Shown here: piece after piece, positions 8,327 to 17,820 of the stretch | Position numbering within the stretch: position 1 is the stretch's first letter | Layout of the letters: every line of letters begins with the position of its first letter | Source: Candidatus Omnitrophota bacterium | GTDB lineage: Bacteria > Omnitrophota > Gorgyraeia > Gygaellales > Profunditerraquicolaceae | Assembly: GCA_028716965.1 (NCBI GenBank) | Contig: JAQUOV010000009.1 | Span: 22,043 to 86,042, forward strand | Length of the DNA: 64,000 nt | Direction of reading: 5' to 3' | The notes under the pieces: generated by a model | What the model saw: only the letters and a program-made list of their open reading frames with translations | Told to the model about the DNA's origin: nothing | Database searches by the model: none | Made by a program: the position numbers and the translations under genes

Positions 8327-9460
8327 TCAAAACACCTTCTTTCTAAATTTCATTATCGCCAAACTAAACATAAAAAGCGCAAATAAAAATAAAAACAACG
8401 CGTCATCCCACATCACATCCATGCCGTTACCTTTTAAAAATAACCCGCGCAGGATAATAATATAATAACGCGCAGGGATGAGATAGGTTATCGCCTGGAC
8501 TGCCTGGGGCATATTAAATATAGGATAGATAAAACCGGATAAAAGCATCGTTGGTATAAAAGTAGTTAACATCGCAAGCTGGCTTGCCAATAATTGCGTC
8601 CTGGCTACCGTAGAGATTAATATTCCCTGCGAGAGGGCACCGGTCAAAAATAAGGCGCTTAAAAATACTAGCAGCAGGTAGCTGCCCTTAAAAGGCACGC
8701 CGAATAAGAACCTGGCCATAACTACTGCCACAAAAAGGTCAATGAAACCGATTACAAAATACGGCAGGAATTTGCCGATGATTAACTCCGGGGCTTTAAC
8801 AGGAGTTGAAATTAACTGCTCCATAGTCCCTCTTTCCCATTCCCTGGCTACACATATAGAGGTAAGCAAGGCGGCAATAATCATGATAATCATCGCGATT
8901 ACCCCCGGGACAATAAACCATCTGCTGTTTAACCCCATATTAAACCAGACCCTTGAACGCATCTCTACGCTCCTTGCAGGGCTGAAACCCCTGCCTCTAA
9001 GCGTATTTACCAAAAGCGTCAGATTATACCTGCCAACCACCGAACGCACATAGCCCATGGCAATAGTAGCGGTATTGGAATCGCTGCCGTCAACTAATAA
9101 CTGTAGTGGGGCAGTCTTACCGGATTCAATAAAGTGCGAAAAGTCTTTTGGGATTACCAGGGCCATCAACGCATCTCCGCTGTCAATCATGTGCTGGATA
9201 GTGCGGTAATTATCAGTATATTTAATGATCTTAAAATATTTGGAGTTCTTGAAATTAAGCAGGAAATCACGCGAGACCCTGGATGAAGCATCCTGGTTCC
9301 AGACAACGGTCTGCACCCTGTCAATATCAAGTGATAAACCATAGCCAAAAATCAGGAGTAATATAACCGGTATAACTATGGCCAGGCCCAGCGAACGCGG
9401 GTCGCGCCGGATCTGAATAAACTCCTTGTTGGATATTGCTAAGACCCTTTTGAAATTCAT
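8327..9460 (-). CDS. ABC-2 type transporter permease (YbhS-like)
   Basis: 377 aa paralog of the permease at 7198-8325. Its start overlaps the ATPase stop (ATGA). Confidence 0.8.
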   Translation of the reverse strand: MNFKRVLAISNKEFIQIRRDPRSLGLAIVIPVILLLIFGYGLSLDIDRVQTVVWNQDASSRVSRDFLLNFKNSKYFKIIKYTDNYRTIQHMIDSGDALMALVIPKDFSHFIESGKTAPLQLLVDGSDSNTATIAMGYVRSVVGRYNLTLLVNTLRGRGFSPARSVEMRSRVWFNMGLNSRWFIVPGVIAMIIMIIAALLTSICVAREWERGTMEQLISTPVKAPELIIGKFLPYFVIGFIDLFVAVVMARFLFGVPFKGSYLLLVFLSALFLTGALSQGILISTVARTQLLASQLAMLTTFIPTMLLSGFIYPIFNMPQAVQAITYLIPARYYIIILRGLFLKGNGMDVMWDDALFLFLFALFMFSLAIMKFRKKVF

Positions 9461-10422
9461 TTATCCTTATGTTCTGCGTCGTAATTCTCTATCAGCGAAA
9501 CAAACACATCCTCAAGGGAAGCCTTGATCTTATTGACGGAATAAGCGCTCGCCTTTTCCTGTTCAAAAAGCTTCTTTAATTCAAGCGTTCCTTTCTGCGC
9601 GTCATAAGTAACCGCGTGTATATTTACCCCAAAAAGCGCAGTATCCTTGATGGAATCAAGCCGGGATATTTTTTCAAGCCACCCCTGAGCCTGCGGTATA
9701 CTGATCTCAAGTATCTCATGTTTCATCACCTTGGTCTTCATCTCTTCAGGCGAGCCCATGGCGATCATTGTACCGTGATAGATCATTACCAGCCGGTTGC
9801 AGTTCTCTGCCTCATCCATATAATGAGTAGTCACAAAGATTGTGCGCCCTAAAGAAGCCATCTCCCTGATTACGCTCCAGAAATTGGCCCTGGTGATCGG
9901 GTCAACCCCGGAGGTCGGCTCGTCGAGAAAAATGATCTTCGGCTGATGGATTATCGCACACCCTAAAGCCAAACGCTGTTTCCATCCTCCGGACAAGGTG
10001 CTAGTCAGGCTGGTGCGGAAATCCTCTATGCCTGCTAACTGGATGGTTCCATCCTTACGCTTCTTTCTTTCCTTCTCAGGTATGTTATATATCCGGCTGT
10101 AAAAATCTATATTTTCCTCTACAGTAAGGTCATCATAAAGCGAGAACTTCTGGGACATGTAACCTATATGCTGTTTAATCTTGTATTGTTCCCTGATAAT
10201 ATCAAAACCCCCTACGCTGCCGCTGCCGGAAGTAGGCGTATATATGCCGCAGAGCATCCTGATGGTCGTGGATTTCCCCGCTCCGTTAGGCCCCAGAAAG
10301 CCGAAGATCTCCCCTTCTCGGACCTCAAAGTTGATATGGTTAACCGCTGTAAAATCGCCGAACTTCTTCTCCAGATCCTGAACTTTTACAGCAATGCCTT
10401 TATTCTCCATGTTCAGATTCAT
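9457..10422 (-). CDS. ABC transporter ATP-binding protein with C-terminal extension (YbhF-like second half)
   Basis: Walker A GPNGAGKST, signature LSGGWKQRL, Walker B IIFLDEPTSGVD, plus a C-terminal accessory domain of about 95 aa. Confidence 0.85.
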   Translation of the reverse strand: MNLNMENKGIAVKVQDLEKKFGDFTAVNHINFEVREGEIFGFLGPNGAGKSTTIRMLCGIYTPTSGSGSVGGFDIIREQYKIKQHIGYMSQKFSLYDDLTVEENIDFYSRIYNIPEKERKKRKDGTIQLAGIEDFRTSLTSTLSGGWKQRLALGCAIIHQPKIIFLDEPTSGVDPITRANFWSVIREMASLGRTIFVTTHYMDEAENCNRLVMIYHGTMIAMGSPEEMKTKVMKHEILEISIPQAQGWLEKISRLDSIKDTALFGVNIHAVTYDAQKGTLELKKLFEQEKASAYSVNKIKASLEDVFVSLIENYDAEHKDK

Positions 10423-11140
10423 AATTATTGACTATTTTGATAAAAGCCTGCTCCAGCGTATTGACGTTGATCTCTTTTTTAATATTATCCGGAGTATCAC
10501 AACGCAGCAGCTTGCCTTTATGTATGAGGCCGACTCTTCGGCAGCGCTCTGCTTCATCAAGATAAGAGGTTGAATAAAGGATGGTTACTTTTTCTTTTAA
10601 GAGGTCATAGAGGATTGACCAAAAATCCCTGCGCGAAACAGGATCAACTCCGTTAGTCGGTTCATCCAGGAATAAAACTTTCGGGGTATGGATGAGTGCG
10701 CAGGAAAGCCCGAGCTTCTGCTTCATGCCTCCGGATAGCTTACCCGCGAACCTCTGCTTAAAAGGCAAAAGCCCCGAAAAGCCAAGCAATTTCTCAATTA
10801 CATCCTGGCGCTTGTCTTTAGGGACGCAAAAAACATCAGCGTAAAAATTTATATTTTCAAGTACAGTAAGCTCTTCATATAGCCCGAAACGCTGGGACAT
10901 ATATGCGATATTCTCTTTTAACGCCTCGGATTCCTTTACGATATGCTTGCCGTAAACCCAACCCTCTCCGGAACTAGGCTCAAGTATGCCGGTCATAAGA
11001 CGCATGGTCGTGGTTTTTCCTGCGCCGTCGGGTCCGACTAAACCGAATATCTCGCCCTCTTCTATCTCAAGGTTAAGGTTGTCAACCGCAGTATTATCCC
11101 CAAATTTTCTAGTGAGTCCGGAGGCCTTTATGGTGGTCAT
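10400..11140 (-). CDS. ABC transporter ATP-binding protein (YbhF-like first half)
   Basis: Walker A GPDGAGKTT, signature LSGGMKQKL, Walker B VLFLDEPTNGVD. Confidence 0.85.
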   Translation of the reverse strand: MTTIKASGLTRKFGDNTAVDNLNLEIEEGEIFGLVGPDGAGKTTTMRLMTGILEPSSGEGWVYGKHIVKESEALKENIAYMSQRFGLYEELTVLENINFYADVFCVPKDKRQDVIEKLLGFSGLLPFKQRFAGKLSGGMKQKLGLSCALIHTPKVLFLDEPTNGVDPVSRRDFWSILYDLLKEKVTILYSTSYLDEAERCRRVGLIHKGKLLRCDTPDNIKKEINVNTLEQAFIKIVNNYESEHGE

Positions 11141-11141
11141 G

Positions 11142-11975
11142 TTATTCTATGATATAGGCGTCTGCGGGCATACCGGGTTTAAGCTCAAGACTGGAATTAT
11201 CAGCCCTGACCTTTATCCTGTAGACTAACTTGACCCTTTCTTCCGTAGTCTGTATGGTCTTAGGCGTAAACTCAGCTTCACTGGAAACAAAAGATACCCA
11301 TCCTTTATACCGCTTCCCCGGATAAGTATCGGTAACAACATAGGCCTCCTGATTAAGCTTTACGCGGCCAAGGTCGGCTTCATTGATATAGGCGGTGACC
11401 CATAAGTTATTCAGGTCAACAACCGTAAAAACAGGAGCGCCTATCTGGACCACCTCTCCCGACAATGCGCTTTTGACAAGCACAAAGCCGTTAAGCGGAG
11501 ACAGGAGTTCGGCAAAACCCAGTCTTGTCTTGGCCAGCTCAAATGAGGCTCTCAATGCTTCAATATTAGCCTTATCCGCCTCGGCAAGCGTCTTGGCAGC
11601 GTCTCTTTTTTGCATGGGTATTGCCCCGGCCTTGAAAAGGTTCTCCGCGCGTTCATAATCCAGCTTATCCAACGCATATTGATGCTCTGCAGCTTTCAAA
11701 GATCCTTCGGCATTATCGCGTATCTTAACCAGCTCATCAGTATTAAGCCTGGCCACCGGCTCGCCTTCCTTAACTACCTTGCCTTCATCAGTGAGCAGTT
11801 CGATGATCTGCCCCTGCACGCGGAAAGATAAACGCACATCATCGCCTTCTATATTCCCCGAGACTTTTATCTGGCCGTGATTGTGGTCGTGGGTTTTCCA
11901 GAAATATGCCGCGCCTATTCCGCATGCAATTAAGATGATAATAATGAACAGTACCAGTTTAACTTTTTTCTTCAT
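11142..11975 (-). CDS. HlyD-family membrane-fusion (periplasmic adaptor) protein, YbhG-like
   Basis: 277 aa with an N-terminal TM anchor, a coiled-coil region and a C-terminal beta-barrel/lipoyl-like region (…LKPGMPADAYI). Confidence 0.8.
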   Translation of the reverse strand: MKKKVKLVLFIIIILIACGIGAAYFWKTHDHNHGQIKVSGNIEGDDVRLSFRVQGQIIELLTDEGKVVKEGEPVARLNTDELVKIRDNAEGSLKAAEHQYALDKLDYERAENLFKAGAIPMQKRDAAKTLAEADKANIEALRASFELAKTRLGFAELLSPLNGFVLVKSALSGEVVQIGAPVFTVVDLNNLWVTAYINEADLGRVKLNQEAYVVTDTYPGKRYKGWVSFVSSEAEFTPKTIQTTEERVKLVYRIKVRADNSSLELKPGMPADAYIIE

Positions 11976-13557
11976 TTATTCCTCCCTGACTTGCCCCTGC
12001 GCCGGCTTCAACCGCTAAAAAACTTTTTCCCATAGTCCTGTCTAACTGCGCCTGGGCCATGAGATAATCATAAATAGCCTGCGAAAGATTGGTTTCAATT
12101 TGCCCTAATGACACCTGCGCGTCAAGCACATCAAGGTTTTTAGCCTCTCCGTTATCATAGCTGACCCTGGCTATCTCTAAAGCCTCCCTGGCTTGGCCGA
12201 CATTATCCTTTTGTGAATTAATTACCTGCTCTGCCTGATTTAAATCAAGGCATGCCTGGCGCACATCTACGGCGATCTGTTCAACCAGATTTTCCTTGCT
12301 CAGCACCGCTTGTGCGTAACGGACCTTGGCTGCATCCACCTTGGCTTTAGTGGAAAAACCGTCAAATACCGCAACTGAAAATGTAAGCCCTATATTCCAG
12401 TTATTATGGGATTTATTAATCATATTGCCCAGATTATTGGAACGGAAATCATATCCTGCGTTGGCATTGACCTGCGGGCGCCATCCGGACTTAGCCATTT
12501 CTATAGACCATTTATTGATATCAATGCCTAAAGTCCTTAAACTCATCTCCGGCTTATTAAGGTAAGCCTGTTTCAAAAAGTCATCCTCCTTGATCTCTAT
12601 TAATGTATAACTGAGATGCTTATCTGCTACCTCAATAGCCATCTGCTGCTTGTAAGAAAGAAGCTTCTTCAGTTCCGCCTTAATCAGTTCAACCGCATTC
12701 CTTGCCTTTACCAGTTCCGGCAGGGTCAATGAAACCTGCACGCTTGACTGCAGAAGGTCAAATCTTGATGACAACCCTTGCGCATACCTGTTTTTCACAT
12801 CCTCATAATGATCCTTGGCATTATCCGTAAGTTCCTGGGCTATCCTTTCTGTCTCATAAGCAAGCAGCAGGCCGTAATAAAGGCGTTTTGCCTCAAATTC
12901 AATATCCAGTTTCTTGGCACGTAAAGTCTCTTCAGATGTCTTAAGGCCAAGCCTTGCCTGTTTTAAATTAGCCGTGTTAAAACCGCCGTTATAAACTACC
13001 TGGCTTAAACCGGCGCCCAGGGAGTTGTCATTCTTATAACCGGTAAAAACCCCCGCGTCTTTCTTGCCGCCGGATAAAGTAGAAGCTACGGCTCCATTAC
13101 GCCTATAACCGGCATTCAGGTCAAGCTGCGGCAGAAATTCGCTCTTTGCTCCCAGGATATCTGAAGTTGCGACTGCCAGCTCCTGTTCCTGTATATGGAT
13201 ATCTATATTATTCTTAAAAGCGGCAAGTATTACATCGCGCAGCGACAACGGTTCCTCCTGGGCGCAAAGCATCCCCGCACAGGATAAAACCAATATCGCC
13301 AAAACACAAACCGACTTGGAAACTATGCTTTTTAATTCGTTATATATCGGGCTATTAGTGTTAATTCTGAAGAACCTGGCGTTGGCTTTGTATTCGCTTA
13401 GCAGCAGACCATCCTTATACAGGTCATTTAAAGCCCTCTGGAATACTCCGGGCTTTTTACCCAGCTTACGCCCTATCTCCTGGATATAGAACTGCCTGGC
13501 AGGATGACCATAGAAGAGCTTGAGCAGCTTGAGCTTATTTTTACTTAATAGCTTCAT
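11959..13557 (-). CDS. TolC-family outer-membrane efflux protein carrying an in-frame N-terminal winged-helix DNA-binding domain of about 85 aa (probable merged regulator plus outer-membrane protein)
   Basis: Residues 1-85 (MKLLSKNKLKLLKLFYGHPARQFYIQEIGRKLGKKPGVFQRALNDLYKDGLL…) look like a small wHTH regulator. Then comes a signal-peptide-like segment CVLAILVLSCAGMLCAQEEP and about 447 aa of TolC-like repeats. There is no stop codon between the two parts. A candidate internal TTG start lies at about 13302. Confidence 0.7.
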   Translation of the reverse strand: MKLLSKNKLKLLKLFYGHPARQFYIQEIGRKLGKKPGVFQRALNDLYKDGLLLSEYKANARFFRINTNSPIYNELKSIVSKSVCVLAILVLSCAGMLCAQEEPLSLRDVILAAFKNNIDIHIQEQELAVATSDILGAKSEFLPQLDLNAGYRRNGAVASTLSGGKKDAGVFTGYKNDNSLGAGLSQVVYNGGFNTANLKQARLGLKTSEETLRAKKLDIEFEAKRLYYGLLLAYETERIAQELTDNAKDHYEDVKNRYAQGLSSRFDLLQSSVQVSLTLPELVKARNAVELIKAELKKLLSYKQQMAIEVADKHLSYTLIEIKEDDFLKQAYLNKPEMSLRTLGIDINKWSIEMAKSGWRPQVNANAGYDFRSNNLGNMINKSHNNWNIGLTFSVAVFDGFSTKAKVDAAKVRYAQAVLSKENLVEQIAVDVRQACLDLNQAEQVINSQKDNVGQAREALEIARVSYDNGEAKNLDVLDAQVSLGQIETNLSQAIYDYLMAQAQLDRTMGKSFLAVEAGAGASQGGINEEKS

Positions 13558-13578
13558 GGCTATTTATATCCGTTATGC

Positions 13579-13631
13579 ATACAAACATATCTATTTGTAT
13601 ATGATAATATACTTTTTGCATATGTTGTCAA
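13579..13631 (-). promoter_or_regulatory. Sigma70-like promoter (TTGACA-16-TATTAT) plus inverted-repeat operator ATACAAA-N8-TTTGTAT for the efflux operon
   Basis: -35 at 13626-13631 and -10 at 13604-13609 on the minus strand. The inverted repeat lies at 13579-13600, between the -10 and the start codon. Confidence 0.45.
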
Positions 13632-13709
13632 GAAAAAAAATCCTTACCGCCGGATAATAAGATTTTGTATCGCTTTTATGCTTTTATTCCCTGAAACGCC
13701 CCAAATCAC

Positions 13710-14099
13710 CTATTTCTGCAAAACATTTTTTATCGCTTTGATTAACTTTTCAGAATCACAAGGCTTGGTTAGATAGATATCCGCTCCGATAACCCTGCCG
13801 ACAATACGGTCAACATCGGTATCTTTACCGGTCAGCATGATAACCGGAATCTTACTAAAGACGGGGTCCCTGCGGATCTCTTTACAGACCTCTTCGCCAT
13901 TTAACTTAGGAAGCATGATATCCAGGATTACCACGTCGGGATTGTCGCTTTTTATTTTTTTTAATGCCTCCTCCCCGTCAAAAGCGGCAATCACCTCATA
14001 ACCATTGGCCTCCAGCCTGAGTTTGAGAATTTTTAAGAAATCAACCTCATCATCAACAGTAAGGATTTTCTTTTTCTTGCCACCATTGTTATTAGTCAT
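13710..14099 (-). CDS. Single-domain response regulator (CheY-like receiver)
   Basis: 129 aa with the motifs ILTVDDE, phospho-acceptor D in VILDIMLP, and LTGK…KPCD. Confidence 0.85.
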   Translation of the reverse strand: MTNNNGGKKKKILTVDDEVDFLKILKLRLEANGYEVIAAFDGEEALKKIKSDNPDVVILDIMLPKLNGEEVCKEIRRDPVFSKIPVIMLTGKDTDVDRIVGRVIGADIYLTKPCDSEKLIKAIKNVLQK

Positions 14100-14162
14100 T
14101 TTCTTACCCTATGGTTTTCTCATACTGCCTGCGTATTCTCATCCTAAATTATGGAATTCCAG

Positions 14163-14531
14163 CTATCCTATAAACTTTCTTACCTTTTCCAGCAACTCTT
14201 TTGAATCAAAGGGCTTCATTATACAATCATCCGCGCCTATTTCTTTTATTTTTTCGGGCAGGCTAAGCCTGATTGCGCTGGCGGTAAATAAAATAACGGG
14301 GATATTCTTATATTTGTCATCGGATTTCAACTTCCTGCAAAGTTCATCCCCCTGCATCTTAGGCAGGAGCAGATCCAGTAATATTAAATCCGGGGTATCT
14401 TTTTGCAAGATGACTATTGCCTCCTCGGCATCGACTGCAGGTATGATCTCATAGCCTAAGTGCCTCAATCTGACCGTGGCAACCTCCATAATATCCGGTT
14501 CATCATCAACCACAAGGATCATTTTTGCCAT
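14163..14531 (-). CDS. Single-domain response regulator (CheY-like receiver)
   Basis: 122 aa with the motifs ILVVDDEPD, ILLDLLLP and FTAS…KPFD. Confidence 0.85.
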   Translation of the reverse strand: MAKMILVVDDEPDIMEVATVRLRHLGYEIIPAVDAEEAIVILQKDTPDLILLDLLLPKMQGDELCRKLKSDDKYKNIPVILFTASAIRLSLPEKIKEIGADDCIMKPFDSKELLEKVRKFIG

Positions 14532-14532
14532 A

Positions 14533-15918
14533 TCAGGCCCTCCGCTCTTTAATGGGCAATGAAAAATAAAAAGCCGTGCCTTTGCCGAATTCCGATTCTA
14601 CCCAGATCTTCCCCCTGTGCGCTTCTATTATTTTCTTACAGATGGACAGGCCAAGCCCTGTACCACCTACCTTTCTCTGTAATTGCGTAAATTCATGGAA
14701 CAGCTTTGCCATGTTCTCCTCTTTTATACCTATGCCCGTATCTTTAACCATGACTTGAACAAAATTATCCCCCTTAGCGGTACTAATAACAATACCTCCC
14801 TTTTCGGTAAATTTAAGCGCGTTATTTACCAGGTTGGTTAAAACCTGGATTATTTTATCCCTGTCAAAACTGGCCTGCGGGAGGTTCTCGCATAGCCTGA
14901 CCTCAAAAGCCAGCCCCTTCTTCTTAAACAAAAGCATCATGGAATCCTGTATCCCGCTAACTATCTTATTCATATCGCTGTCTTCTATATTGAATTCCAT
15001 CTTCCCGGATTCAAACTTCTGGAAATCTAAGACCGCGCTAATCAACCTGTCCAGCCTGTCCACATTATTCTTAACTATATTTAAGTACTTCTCTTGTTCC
15101 CCGTTAATGTCGCCCGTTATCTTATCCAAAACCACGGATACCCCTTCCTTGATACTGGCCAACGGTGTCCTTAATTCATGGGAAACAATACCGGTAAAAT
15201 CTGACTTTACCCTTACCGCTTCCGTAAGTGCTTCTTCTGCTTTTTTACGCTCGGTGATATCGCGGACGAGGATCAGGGATGCCTGACGGCCGTCCCATTC
15301 GGTCTGGCTGGAGCGGATTTCTCCGATACCCGCCTGGCCGTCCTGACGGATAATGCCGATCTCATTCATCTGTCCGGAAACAACCGCTATGCCAAAACTC
15401 TTGCCTATAAAATCATCCTTATTTACCCCAAAAATGCTCTCCGCGGAAGGATTGCAAAAACAGACTATGCCGTTATTATCCGTCACGATTATCCCATCAG
15501 CAGATTTTTCCACAATATTAAAAAAACTCTGCTTGCTTTTTTCAAGCGCGGCTTTGGCAACCTGCAGCTCTTCTTCCGCACGCTTCCTCTTTATAGACAA
15601 AAATACGGTAATTCCTGCGACACTTGCAAATATGACAATCCTTATCAAGGCCTGCTTGATTACTGACGGGTCTTTTGTAAAAGCAATGATCAGGGCAAAA
15701 TAAATAAACGCGAGGATAACGGAAAAAACAAAGCCTCTCTTTAGATAATACAGGCAGGCAATGATAATCGGGATGTAGAAAAGGTTTTGGAAGATAATGA
15801 ACCAGCCGGATGAAAGACAGTAAATGCTTACGGCAATGGTGGCCAATGTGGTTGCGGCAATTAAAACAAAAGGCGGCCAGCCTGAACGGATATTCTCAGA
15901 AGGCTTAGCGGTATTCAT
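14533..15918 (-). CDS. Sensor histidine kinase (4 TM, PAS, HisKA, HATPase_c)
   Basis: H-box SHELRTPL, N-box NLVNNALKF, G-boxes DTGIGI and GGTGLGLSI, plus an upstream PAS segment. Confidence 0.85.
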   Translation of the reverse strand: MNTAKPSENIRSGWPPFVLIAATTLATIAVSIYCLSSGWFIIFQNLFYIPIIIACLYYLKRGFVFSVILAFIYFALIIAFTKDPSVIKQALIRIVIFASVAGITVFLSIKRKRAEEELQVAKAALEKSKQSFFNIVEKSADGIIVTDNNGIVCFCNPSAESIFGVNKDDFIGKSFGIAVVSGQMNEIGIIRQDGQAGIGEIRSSQTEWDGRQASLILVRDITERKKAEEALTEAVRVKSDFTGIVSHELRTPLASIKEGVSVVLDKITGDINGEQEKYLNIVKNNVDRLDRLISAVLDFQKFESGKMEFNIEDSDMNKIVSGIQDSMMLLFKKKGLAFEVRLCENLPQASFDRDKIIQVLTNLVNNALKFTEKGGIVISTAKGDNFVQVMVKDTGIGIKEENMAKLFHEFTQLQRKVGGTGLGLSICKKIIEAHRGKIWVESEFGKGTAFYFSLPIKERRA

Positions 15919-15926
15919 TAAATAAG

Positions 15927-17141
15927 TTAATACAGGTGGACGACATCTTCCGCATGATGCAACGAAAGGAACAACAACATATACTCCCTTAAATGGCGCG
16001 TTATCAGAAAATTATTCTTTACATGCTCCCGGCCATTCTCTCCCAGTTTCCTGGCGTATGCCGGGCTGCTTAAGAGTTGTTTTATAGCAAAGCTGGCCCC
16101 TTCGATTGAATGACAAAGCAAACCCGAATATTTATGTTTTATCTGTAAGGGAATCCCTCCGACATTTGAAGCTACAACAGGTTTTGCTTTCCATAACGCC
16201 TCTGAAACAGTCAAGCCAAATCCTTCTTTGATAGACTTTTGCACAATTACATCTGAGGCCCTTTGCAACGCGTTGATCTCTATATCATTTTGAGGCAACA
16301 GCAAAATATGAATATCCGGGTCATTCTTGGCTTTTTCCTGAACCTCCTTTAATACTTTAAACCCTTCCGGGTCATCATCCGCGGCTCCTCCGGCCAAGAT
16401 CAGCTGACAATTAATATATTTTTTTACCTGCAGGTATGCTTCAATTACGCCTACCGGGTCTTTCAGGCGGTCAAAACGCGATATCTGCGTGATAATCGGC
16501 TTGTCTTTCTTGATATCGTATTTCTTTAATACCGCATCAATCTTCTCCTGCGGCAATTCTTTATTCTTGTCGCTTAAAGGGTCAATAGAAGGAGAGATCA
16601 GGAATTGCCTGATCGGCAACTTCCGGGAAAAGTCCGGGGCAGAGAATACCGCGGAGTCGTAATGCACTATGAAATCCATAAGAAAATCCCAAGCTTTTTT
16701 ACTGGGGTTAGATACGTCAATATGGCAGCGCCAAATCCATTTATTATCGGCTTTCTTTTTGATCAAGGCTATCGGCTGCGGGTCATGGACAAAAACTATA
16801 TCTCCGTATGTATTGACATTGGCGATATTTTCCTGGCTTGTCTGCATAAATATCTCAAAGTCTCTTTGGGTTATCTCCTCGGGCCTGCCGTGCAAGGCAT
16901 TATGGAACTTCTTGGTTACCCCAAAAAACTGCTCTCCTCCTTTTATAACATCCCATTTCGTGTCTACCCCTAATTCCCTTAACAAAGGCACCATGCGGCT
17001 TAATATCTCCGCCACCCCGCCGCCTACAGGAGTAGAATTTATATGCTGGATGACCTTGCCTTTTAACCGCTCGCCAAGCAACATTAGGTCGTCAATAACC
17101 GCCTGCCCTACCAAAGGTATATATTCTTCTATTTTTGCCAT
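15927..17141 (-). CDS. treT: Trehalose glycosyltransferring synthase TreT (GT4)
   Basis: 404 aa. Strong motif-level similarity to archaeal and bacterial TreT: HINSTPVGGGVAEIL, FFGVTKKFHNAL, VHDPQP…WRCHID, PPSIDPLS, ITQISRFDRLKDP, DDPEG, LQRASDVIVQKSIKEGFGLTVSEALWKAKPVV, NFLITRHLREY. Confidence 0.8.
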   Translation of the reverse strand: MAKIEEYIPLVGQAVIDDLMLLGERLKGKVIQHINSTPVGGGVAEILSRMVPLLRELGVDTKWDVIKGGEQFFGVTKKFHNALHGRPEEITQRDFEIFMQTSQENIANVNTYGDIVFVHDPQPIALIKKKADNKWIWRCHIDVSNPSKKAWDFLMDFIVHYDSAVFSAPDFSRKLPIRQFLISPSIDPLSDKNKELPQEKIDAVLKKYDIKKDKPIITQISRFDRLKDPVGVIEAYLQVKKYINCQLILAGGAADDDPEGFKVLKEVQEKAKNDPDIHILLLPQNDIEINALQRASDVIVQKSIKEGFGLTVSEALWKAKPVVASNVGGIPLQIKHKYSGLLCHSIEGASFAIKQLLSSPAYARKLGENGREHVKNNFLITRHLREYMLLFLSLHHAEDVVHLY

Positions 17142-17813
17142 TTAACCGGTTATCCTTTTTTCAACTGCCTGTATAATCTTATTCCTTAAATCCTCCAAGG
17201 TGCAGGTATAAGGGTCAAATCCGGATATCTTATCCGCTAATTCTTTATCTCCCAGAGAATTTTCTATCCAGTATGAAAAATCATTTGTCGGCTTTTCCAG
17301 CCTAAGGCGCGCTTCAAAGATATGGAAATAAATGGAATCTATGGTGATCTTCTTTAAAACCTCCGCAAATTCCGAGAGGTCATAAACAATATAATTTGTC
17401 GGCAGGATAAAACTTACGGACTTAATAAAATGGAATTCTTCCCCGCTTCTGGCAAACTTCAATTTGGCAAACGGGCTATCCCTTAAATGGTCTTCAATGG
17501 TTAAAGCGATTTTTTCCCGCAGGTCACGGATGGTGGAATATTGCATGGTATCAATACTAACCAGCTTCTCCCCCAGCTCATCCTCTCCGAGAATTTCCGT
17601 TACCCAATAGGCAAAATCATTAGGAGGTTCGGGAGATAGGTATTGATGCTGTTGCAGAAACCTATGAGTATGATGATAGATACATGAACCGGGGACCTCC
17701 TTGATAAATGTTAAGAGCTGGCCCAAAGTAGAGGCACGTAACCCGGTCAGCTCCGAAAGGTGCAGCCTGGTGCAAAACTTAAACGGGTCTTTTGCTCTTA
17801 TTAATTCCGGCAT
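17142..17813 (-). CDS. Conserved hypothetical protein with an internal tandem duplication, TreT-associated
   Basis: 223 aa with two repeats of about 75 aa (NDFAYWVTEILGEDELGEKLVSID…IRDLREKIALTIEDHL and NDFSYWIENSLGDKELADKISGFD…LEDLRNKIIQAVEKRI). It abuts treT with no gap. Confidence 0.5.
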   Translation of the reverse strand: MPELIRAKDPFKFCTRLHLSELTGLRASTLGQLLTFIKEVPGSCIYHHTHRFLQQHQYLSPEPPNDFAYWVTEILGEDELGEKLVSIDTMQYSTIRDLREKIALTIEDHLRDSPFAKLKFARSGEEFHFIKSVSFILPTNYIVYDLSEFAEVLKKITIDSIYFHIFEARLRLEKPTNDFSYWIENSLGDKELADKISGFDPYTCTLEDLRNKIIQAVEKRITG

Positions 17814-17820
17814 AATTTAC

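Noticed and set aside
13613-13625. CATATG motif (TTGCATATGTTG) in the efflux-operon promoter as a third DUF134-type operator
   Set aside because: The flanks are not palindromic (G…T), and CATATG alone is expected by chance in AT-rich DNA. Only the two perfect palindromes upstream of the DUF134 genes are reported.
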